The notes: a model not told the origin generated them from the letters alone. A stretch of DNA of 32,000 nt from Archaeoglobus fulgidus DSM 4304 (GCF_000008665.1 NC_000917.1:1470001-1502000); one strand, 5' to 3'; positions 15,752-22,340 are shown, counted from the stretch's first letter. Numbers and translations: made by a program.

Positions 15752-16741
15752 TCATTTTTCTCTGCAGTAGTAGAGCACACCGCCATGTATGAAGAAAAAC
15801 ACACCCTTCTCTCTGTCATAGAACAGATGCTCGAACGTCTCTTCAGCGGCCTTTGAAATGTCCTCAAACCTCTCCACCTCAACCATTTCCAGATTTGTTT
15901 CAGGCATTCTGGCAAAGGAAACTTCTTTCAGCTTCTTTTCCCAAGAAACTCTTTCTATTTCCCTTTCAAGGGAGGAAACATCGCTGTATTTAGTTCTGTA
16001 AACTACCGACAGGCCGGCGAAGATTATAGAAACTGTGCATAATGCTGCCGGAATTACCTTCATATGCAGCGGTTTTTGAACTTCAACGACTCTGGTGGAA
16101 GGCATTTCAAAATCTCTTGTCTCGTTAAGCGTTGAGAAGGAGTAGTAGGTGCTCTGCACGTCTATTGGTATCTTAAAGCTTAATGTTTCGTCAACGTCTT
16201 TGCCCGTAATCTTTCCGTAGTAATGCACGCTGACATCGATTCTGGCCCCTGTTTTTCCAAGATAAACACCAAAGGAGTTCTGAGCTTCGTTAATTTTTGA
16301 CTTTAGGTCTGTGACATTTATTTTGAAGTTCGTTTTGATTTCTCCTCTGGATGTGTTGGATGCAGCGTAGTATACCTTCTCCCAGACGGGAGCGTCGCTA
16401 ACCTCGTAGAAGTAAACGATTTTTGCTTCAGTTTCGATGGTTATATCCCCTCTTGGAGCTGTTGTGAAGTAAAATTCTCCTGAATATTCGGGGGTGAGGG
16501 AGTAGGAGTACACCGGGAGGGTGACGAAGGACCCATTAGCCCATATCGGGTTGTCCTTCTTGACCTCTGCCCCACCGCTGAAGTATGCGAGTGCGGAGTA
16601 GTGCCTGATACTAATTTGAGTTTCCTTTGTCTCGGGGATTGTGGCCCAGTAAAGTGCGTAGGCTGATGCAACCAGCGTGATGAGCGAGATTATCAGAACC
16701 GGGATATACCATTTTCTCACGATTAGTTTAAAATTATTCAT
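15752..16741 (-). CDS. Bitopic membrane protein of unknown function; last gene of the TasA-like operon
   Basis: 329 aa. TM1 spans about residues 11-32 and is followed by a beta-rich domain of about 190 aa, predicted external. TM2 spans about 228-248 (VIPAALCTVSIIFAGLSVVY), followed by an acidic cytoplasmic tail of about 80 aa. The external domain contains SALAYFSGG. Confidence 0.6.
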   Translation of the reverse strand: MNNFKLIVRKWYIPVLIISLITLVASAYALYWATIPETKETQISIRHYSALAYFSGGAEVKKDNPIWANGSFVTLPVYSYSLTPEYSGEFYFTTAPRGDITIETEAKIVYFYEVSDAPVWEKVYYAASNTSRGEIKTNFKINVTDLKSKINEAQNSFGVYLGKTGARIDVSVHYYGKITGKDVDETLSFKIPIDVQSTYYSFSTLNETRDFEMPSTRVVEVQKPLHMKVIPAALCTVSIIFAGLSVVYRTKYSDVSSLEREIERVSWEKKLKEVSFARMPETNLEMVEVERFEDISKAAEETFEHLFYDREKGVFFFIHGGVLYYCREK

Positions 16742-16750
16742 GTTATTTTT

Positions 16751-17623
16751 TCACCCTCCTCCTATATGTTTCTTTCGAGGTTTGTAGTAAACTGGTTTGA
16801 GCAGCAGCGTTGCAATTGCTGAGGTAACGAGGGGTGTGAGCCAGAGGATGCCCAGCCTGTAGAGGGGATAGAGGAGGATTAAAGGCATTGCACCGTTGAT
16901 GGCGGTGTTGAAGCTGTAGCTTGCAGACTCGCCCGGGTTGAGAACGGAGTAGTAAGGGGGCTCGGAGTGGAAAAGATAAACAGTGAGGAAGCCTTTGTTG
17001 ATTACACCCCCATCAACGACCTCAAGCGTGGGATTGAAAGCGGCGAAGGAAATAATCAGCGCTGCAGCGAAGGTTACAACCAAATAGTGTGTTTTTAGAG
17101 CTTTTTTGTTTCTTCTCTCATGCATTAACTTGATTCTTTCCCTCCTTTTCAGTATCTTTTCCTCCATTGTGAGATTCCTGAACTCTGAAGCCATCAAAAC
17201 AGATGCGGGGATGAGAATGAACAGCAGGTACATCATAATATTCCGGTTCTTGAATTCGTGGAAGAGGTAGCCAATGTAAGGTATTCCGAATAGAAATTTG
17301 CCGTAAACGTCTTTTTCGTGCACATCAAAGGGGTCAACATCCTCAACAGCATCGCCCTTCGTCTTAAAGTAGCCATCCCCTATTTCCACAACTCTGTGGG
17401 TTATCAAAACGGACTTCTTCCCCGAAGGGTCCTTGAATGCCACAACATCCCCCAGAGAAACGTCCGAGCTTCTTTTAACAACAATAAGGTCTCCCGGATG
17501 CATGAGCGGCTCCATGCTGCTGCTCAGAACGACGAGGATGCGCACATCATCGCTATAAACCTCATAGGCGGAAAAGAGGATGAAAACAACAAATAGAGCA
17601 GTTATCAAACCACTAATATTCAT
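16751..17623 (-). CDS. Signal peptidase I, S26B (SipW/Sec11 type), long form with a multi-TM C-terminal extension
   Basis: After an N-terminal TM come Ser box VLSSSMEP, His box LITHRVV and TKGDAVEDVD. Residues from about 146 to 290 add a basic helix (RRERIKLMHERRNKK) and roughly three more hydrophobic segments. Confidence 0.8.
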   Translation of the reverse strand: MNISGLITALFVVFILFSAYEVYSDDVRILVVLSSSMEPLMHPGDLIVVKRSSDVSLGDVVAFKDPSGKKSVLITHRVVEIGDGYFKTKGDAVEDVDPFDVHEKDVYGKFLFGIPYIGYLFHEFKNRNIMMYLLFILIPASVLMASEFRNLTMEEKILKRRERIKLMHERRNKKALKTHYLVVTFAAALIISFAAFNPTLEVVDGGVINKGFLTVYLFHSEPPYYSVLNPGESASYSFNTAINGAMPLILLYPLYRLGILWLTPLVTSAIATLLLKPVYYKPRKKHIGGG

Positions 17624-17624
17624 T

Positions 17625-18059
17625 CTACTCCTCCAGAGTTATTGTCACGGGAATTTCAACGACCTTATATGGGTAAGAGGGATATGAGATGGTGAGTTCT
17701 CCGACATAGGTTCCGTTTGTTTGTGGAGAAAGGTGCATTCCGACCTCCCAGTCATTCACGTTCTTCCTCAAAGAAAACTGAACAAAATCATCCCCATCCC
17801 AGCTCAGCTTTGGTATTCCGGGAGCATCAACTATTCTGAAAATTACATCGTAGCTGTACTCCTCATTGGGCTTACCGTAGAAATCTATTTTTACAGGGCT
17901 CTCCTTTTTTACAAAGCTCACGGTGGGGTAGATTTCAGAGGCCCAGTGCCCGCTTTTGAATGTGCTTCTCTGAGACTCTACGTCGTAGAAGTAGCTAAGA
18001 GTTCCTGAGACCATTATAAGGAATCCTATTACGGTTGCGAAGAGCAGAATTTTTCTCAT
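17625..18059 (-). CDS. Small secreted protein with a SipW-type signal motif (possible minor fibre subunit)
   Basis: 144 aa. MRKILLFATVIGFLIMVSGTLSYFYDVES shares the N-terminal motif with the four TasA-like ORFs, but the protein lacks their C-terminal YQGD motif. Both gene junctions overlap or abut the neighbours. Confidence 0.65.
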   Translation of the reverse strand: MRKILLFATVIGFLIMVSGTLSYFYDVESQRSTFKSGHWASEIYPTVSFVKKESPVKIDFYGKPNEEYSYDVIFRIVDAPGIPKLSWDGDDFVQFSLRKNVNDWEVGMHLSPQTNGTYVGELTISYPSYPYKVVEIPVTITLEE

Positions 18060-18511
18060 TTCAACTCACCAACTATACTCTTTATCTCAATAATTAATAA
18101 AGCTATTCCCGGGATGAGGATTAAGAGCAGATAACCCGGCAGAGTTCTAACAACACTGCCAAGCAATCCAAGCTTCGGGATTTTTGCCACATAAACCCCA
18201 ACAACGCTGTCATAGCTTACGGGCTCATCCTCTCTCGGCAGGTTGTCACCTTTCGTGATTATCGCCTCGGACGTTTTCTCAACCACTCTGTGCGTGATGA
18301 GGTATGTTTTTCCATCAATGGTTTTCTTGTAGGTTACGATATCCCCTACTTCCACATCGGAAGGATTTTTGGGGAAAATTAAAATCAGGTCTCCCGTCTC
18401 CAGTTCGGGGAGCATGGAAGTGCCGTAGGTGTTCAGAACCCTCACTCCACTAAGGTAGAGGGCCAGAATTGTCAGAAGAATGGCTGATAGAAGATAAAGT
18501 TTCGGCCTCAT
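18056..18511 (-). CDS. Signal peptidase I, S26B (SipW/Sec11 type), short form
   Basis: 151 aa with an N-terminal TM, Ser box YGTSMLP, His box LITHRVV, TKGDNLPREDEP and a C-terminal TM. ATGA overlaps occur at both ends. Confidence 0.85.
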   Translation of the reverse strand: MRPKLYLLSAILLTILALYLSGVRVLNTYGTSMLPELETGDLILIFPKNPSDVEVGDIVTYKKTIDGKTYLITHRVVEKTSEAIITKGDNLPREDEPVSYDSVVGVYVAKIPKLGLLGSVVRTLPGYLLLILIPGIALLIIEIKSIVGELK

Positions 18512-19440
18512 CTCACAACAACTCCGTGGGCGGCGATGCAGTTGCCGTAGTCAACCACGTACTCATCAAAGTTAGAATTTAGCCCCTCGTGTTTGTAGGG
18601 GAATTTTCCCGGAGCGGACTTGGGAGGTGGACAGTCTCCGACGTAGAGGTGGGTTTCAGTCAGCATCCATCCACCATTTACGCTGTATTTCACCCTTATT
18701 TTCCCGCCAGCATCCTCGACTGTCAGGGAGCCCACGTGAATGTGCCGACCTGCGTAAATGGGAACCTGCAGCCCTCCACCGGTGTATGTGAAGTAACCAC
18801 CCCATCCCTGTCCAAACTCATGGAAATCTCCGCCTATCGCCCAGCAGGTCTCCTCCTCACCTCCATTGCCATCAACCTGCTCAAGGGACAGCTCAAGGTC
18901 AAACTTTGCCAAATCTCCCTGATACTCATTCTCAGCACTGCTGTTGATGTGGAAGGTGAAGTGGACGTCGCAAACCTCCCCCGGAGCAATGGGTGAGGTG
19001 TAGAATTTTAAATCCTCAAGTTCCCTCAGCGTTTTGTTGTCGTTCTCCACAATCAACTGGGAAAAGCTCTCGCACTCCACCCATATGCCAGTGAAGGTCT
19101 GATAGGAGATGTTGTTTATTTCATTAAGATAGTCGAATCTCGCCTCTTCCTCTGTAAACACTCCTCCAAAGTCCCTCACGTTGAAGATTTTAAGGTCAAC
19201 AACAGCCGGATTGTTTCCGGCGTTCTTAATCCTTATTATCTTCTCTTTGTATTCGCAGGGCTTCGCCTCGATGTCGATGAGCTTACCCGGGTTGTCAACC
19301 CATCCGTTTTGCCAAACTTTGAGGTCAATGTAGCCTGTTGTGTAGGTTGATGGGGAAGATTCAGCATCTGAAAAGTAGGCCAGAGTGCTTCCGGCAAATA
19401 AAATTAAAGAAATTGAAAAAAATATAAGGTAATTTCTCAT
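18508..19440 (-). CDS. TasA/camelysin-like secreted protein fused to an extra C-terminal Gly/aromatic-rich domain
   Basis: The TasA-like core is STLAYFSDAES, TGYIDLKV, AKPCEYK, IKNAGNNPAVV and ENEYQGDLAKFDLELSLEQ. A GNGGEEE linker follows, then about 114 further residues (18511-18852). Confidence 0.75.
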   Translation of the reverse strand: MRNYLIFFSISLILFAGSTLAYFSDAESSPSTYTTGYIDLKVWQNGWVDNPGKLIDIEAKPCEYKEKIIRIKNAGNNPAVVDLKIFNVRDFGGVFTEEEARFDYLNEINNISYQTFTGIWVECESFSQLIVENDNKTLRELEDLKFYTSPIAPGEVCDVHFTFHINSSAENEYQGDLAKFDLELSLEQVDGNGGEEETCWAIGGDFHEFGQGWGGYFTYTGGGLQVPIYAGRHIHVGSLTVEDAGGKIRVKYSVNGGWMLTETHLYVGDCPPPKSAPGKFPYKHEGLNSNFDEYVVDYGNCIAAHGVVVR

Positions 19441-20192
19441 TATTCGCTCGCCACCTGCTCAAGCTTCACGATGATGTCGAAGAAAGTTATGTCGCCCTGA
19501 TACTTGTTGCCTGCGTCAGTTGAAAAGTCGATGTACATGGCCAATTCGAGGTAGCTGTCGGTTCCGTTGTACCAACCGTCGTTGTCTATTTCTGGCGGAG
19601 GTATGTTGTCAAAGCCTGTCATCGCCAAATCCTCCAAATCCATGTAGCCGTTGGAGTTTGCGTCAACGAGGTTGTAAGGTGCAGCAAGTCCGGTGGCTGT
19701 TGGCTGATAGTTGTCTATAATCTTGTCGTCCCTGACCAGAGCGTTATTGGTGTACCACTTGAAGTGCAGATGATGTAGTTTGATGTAGGCCCCCATTCCG
19801 TTAGCTCCAAGATGTCCGGTGGCGTAAGGGACGCCAATTATGGGAGACTGGCTGACGTCCGAATCACTCTCTGGCCCCGCAACAAATCCATCTGTTGCAT
19901 TGCCGTTGTCATCCTCGTAGTACTCAAAGCTGAAGTTTATCTCAAGATGGTCTCCTTTGTTCTCCCCCCAGTTCCATATTCTCAGCTTCCCGTCCTCTCC
20001 GGGCTCGCCCGGCTTCCAGTCATAGATGTCGAGTGCAACGTGCCCCGGAATATCATTGGTAAGGCCTATGTCCATCGTTCCCGCTTCAAAGTAGTTCTCT
20101 CCCGTCTCTTCCACATCAGCAAAGTAGGCGTAGGTGCTGAGGGTTGCCATCGCTATGGCAGCGATAAACACAAAGGCTGCAGCGGTCTTCAT
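19440..20192 (-). CDS. TasA/camelysin-like secreted protein with Asp-rich, Ca-binding-like insertions
   Basis: [27 protein letters not shown] and [19 protein letters not shown] are present. SD GAGGTG lies 6 nt upstream. An EF-hand/dockerin-like loop [12 protein letters not shown] lies at 19629-19664. Confidence 0.75.
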
Positions 20193-20202
20193 TTTTCACA
20201 CC

Positions 20203-20802
20203 TCAGTATGGGGCACCGTCATCATTAACCTGGAAGGCCTTGAAGACGATGTCAAACTGCATCTGGTCGCCCTGATACTCGTTTCCTGCATCGCTTTTCA
20301 TGTGGAAGCTGAACAGCACATTCACGCACTCGTCTGGCTGAAGTGTTGTCAGCTCGTACCAAGTTCCCTCAACGTCCCTCACTGTCAAAACTCCTTCCTT
20401 AACAAGAACGTTCCAGCCTTCACCTTTGTTGTAGGCCAAGTCAAACCACGTCACGTTCGAAAGGTCGTTTATCAGCCCACTTGGGTCAGCTTCAAGCTCC
20501 GGCTCGGTAACTTCATTGTTCGACTCGGTGATGTTGTCTATTCTCGTGTAAACGACGGCCGGATTTGTTCCATTGTTGCAGACGAGCTTGTAAACGCAGA
20601 AGTTCAAGCTCGGCTTTGCGTCATCCGTAACAATCACAGATGTAGTCCATGGATTCTCGCCGTCAACTGAGATATCAATGGTGCCCGCAGTGATGGTGTT
20701 GTTGTCGCTCACCTCAACGTCGTAGAAGTAGGTGAGGGTGCCAGTAGCAATCACTGCCATCATGAATCCGATGGAAAGGATGCTGAGCAGCAGTTTTCTC
20801 AT
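20203..20802 (-). CDS. TasA/camelysin-like secreted protein
   Basis: GTLTYFYDVEVS, AGTIDISV, DDAKPS, CNNGTNPAVV and GNEYQGDQMQFDIVFKAFQ are present. I prefer ATG 20802 (SD GGTGA 5 nt upstream) to GTG 20811. Confidence 0.75.
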   Translation of the reverse strand: MRKLLLSILSIGFMMAVIATGTLTYFYDVEVSDNNTITAGTIDISVDGENPWTTSVIVTDDAKPSLNFCVYKLVCNNGTNPAVVYTRIDNITESNNEVTEPELEADPSGLINDLSNVTWFDLAYNKGEGWNVLVKEGVLTVRDVEGTWYELTTLQPDECVNVLFSFHMKSDAGNEYQGDQMQFDIVFKAFQVNDDGAPY

Positions 20803-20829
20803 TTCACTCACCTGAAAAAATTAGAGGAG

Positions 20830-21582
20830 TCACTCGAAGGGGTTGCTGTCGTCGTTGAGCTGCGTAACGGCAAACTTCAGGGTTGCTCCCCAGCTATCAG
20901 ACTGGGCCATGTTGTCAGTATCGGTAGGTGTCCACTCCCAGTAGATGCCGAAGCAGTATGTCTGGCATGCTTCCATGTATCCTCCCGGTAGATACTGGCT
21001 GAGGTTGAAGTTCGCATCGGAGATATCTTTCAGGTATCCGCTCCACAGCAGCTGTTCGCTGCCATCTCCGTTTCCATCAACAAACGTATCCCTACAGCCG
21101 AAAGGACAACCATCGTAGAAGTCATACTTGTTGTCGCAGTCGTCATCCCTCCAGATCATCACGTGGATGTACTCATCAAGCTCTCCATACCAAGCTCCAT
21201 CTGTGGTATCTCCTGCTTCCTGCTCTGGCTCCGTAAGGCCATTGTCATCGTCTTCCGTAACATCAACGGCAAACCACAGATAGCCTGGGTTGTTGTAGAG
21301 GTGCAGGCTAACTGTCATCTCTCCGCTATCTCCCGGCTTCACATCGTCGAGCTGCCAGAAGTAGTCCACAGATGCATTAAGGTCTTTCTCGCTAAAGTTG
21401 TGGTGGTAAACCTGACCATCCCACTTCCAGTATGTGCTGTTCAGGTCCACTTTCAGGTCGAGGCTGCCAGCCGTGAAGGTTCCCGGCGCCATTTCGGTGT
21501 CGCTGAAGTAGGCAAGGGTTCCCGCTCCAAGCCCAATTCCAATCAGCCCCACTACAAGGAGGCTGTACCAAACCTTTTTCAC
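20830..21582 (-). CDS. TasA/camelysin-like secreted protein with an Asp/Cys-rich insertion; first gene of the operon
   Basis: [20 protein letters not shown] and VKPGDSGE are present, with a degenerate C-terminal motif ([14 protein letters not shown]). SD GAGGTGA lies 6 nt upstream of GTG 21582; the ORF track starts at TTG 21588. Confidence 0.7.
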
Positions 21583-21616
21583 TTCCAATCACCTCAAGAT
21601 GAAAAACGTCTTCATT

Positions 21617-21649
21617 TTTAATATGCTTATTGAAATATAATTATGAATC
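21617..21649 (-). promoter_or_regulatory. Promoter module of the TasA-like operon: upstream element CATAATTATA.TTCAA plus TATA-like CATATTAAA
   Basis: The minus strand reads GATTCATAATTATATTTCAATAAGCATATTAAA, ending 34 nt upstream of GTG 21582. It matches 21948-21980 at 27 of 33 positions. Confidence 0.55.
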
Positions 21650-21715
21650 AAAAATAAGTATTGCAAATTCGGATTGAAAATCGGGAAAGAAGCTGTGTAT
21701 TCATTTTAGGTAACA

Positions 21716-21928
21716 CTAATACACATCAAGCCTAACCAACCTCCGCCCACTTTCGCTGAGCTTCAGCTTCAGGTTTGCTCTTTCGACGAAATCCATCTCC
21801 ATCAGAAACTCCAGCACTTTTCTCAGCATCGCCCTCTCAACCCTCAGTTTTTCGGCCAATTCCCTTTCGGTCATCTCCTCCTCATTCAGAATGAGCAGAA
21901 TCTCATCGATAAGTTCTGGAACTTTCAT
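21716..21928 (-). CDS. Small winged-helix DNA-binding protein (putative transcriptional regulator)
   Basis: A 70-aa form starts MKVPELIDEILLILNEEEMTERELAEKLRVERAMLRKVLEFLMEMDFVER, which is an HTH-like pattern. The 89-aa form in the ORF track would place the conserved promoter module inside the coding region. Confidence 0.6.
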   Translation of the reverse strand: MKVPELIDEILLILNEEEMTERELAEKLRVERAMLRKVLEFLMEMDFVERANLKLKLSESGRRLVRLDVY

Positions 21929-21947
21929 AATACTAATTTTCCTAAGA

Positions 21948-21980
21948 TTTAATATGAATTTTGAAGTATAATTATGGATT
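21948..21980 (-). promoter_or_regulatory. Promoter module of the small wHTH gene, paralogous to the operon promoter
   Basis: The minus strand reads AATCCATAATTATACTTCAAAATTCATATTAAA, ending 19 nt upstream of ATG 21928. The TATA-like element is about 24 nt from the ATG, giving leaderless geometry. Confidence 0.55.
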
Positions 21981-22049
21981 TGCATTAAGTAACTGTCTTA
22001 CGAAATCATTTTTCGTATTTGGGCTTATCGCAAAGACCAAAAAATATTG

Positions 22050-22340
22050 TCAAAAAATTGAGTTTTCAACGGCATTTTTCAAAGCCTGAAGGTCTTCCTC
22101 AATTTCGCTGAATTTTTGTATGAATTCCCTTCCCTTTTCAGTTGTTCTGTACTTCGTTCTTTTACCATCAGTAACTGGCTCAATAAATCCTTCCTTCAAA
22201 AGGCAGTTAATGTAATCCTGAGCAACCTTAGAGTTCAAATTCACTCTGTAAACAATTTTGGTAATGTTAACTCCATTTCCGGAGCACGTCTGAAGAATTT
22301 CAGCCATGATTTCGATTTTGGACCTTCTCATTTCTGCCAC
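22050..22340 (-). CDS. Winged-helix transcriptional regulator (archaeal small wHTH family)
   Basis: SKIEIMAEILQTCSGNGVNITKIVYRVNLNSKVAQDYINCLLKEGFIE...RTKYRTTEKGREFIQ is typical of small archaeal wHTH proteins. The start is GTG 22340 or ATG 22331 (SD GGGTGG). Confidence 0.7.
   Translation of the reverse strand: MAEMRRSKIEIMAEILQTCSGNGVNITKIVYRVNLNSKVAQDYINCLLKEGFIEPVTDGKRTKYRTTEKGREFIQKFSEIEEDLQALKNAVENSIF

Noticed and set aside
19520-21621. Plus-strand ORFs (66, 138, 178 and 152 aa) opposite the TasA-like genes
   Set aside because: They are antisense shadows. The minus-strand ORFs have SDs, signal peptides and family motifs; the plus-strand ones have none.
21929-21985. N-terminal 19-codon extension of the small wHTH ORF (the 89-aa version)
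   Set aside because: The extension would contain the 33-bp promoter module shared with the operon. The extension peptide (MQIHNYTSKFILNLRKISI) is AT-rich translation. ATG 21928 gives a compact 70-aa wHTH.
21999-22017. Hairpin TACGAAA-TCATT-TTTCGTA downstream of the 96-aa wHTH gene
   Set aside because: The stem is short (7 bp, mostly A/T). A T6 run right after the stop (minus strand, 22039-22044) already explains termination. The hairpin is not distinctive enough to call as a feature.
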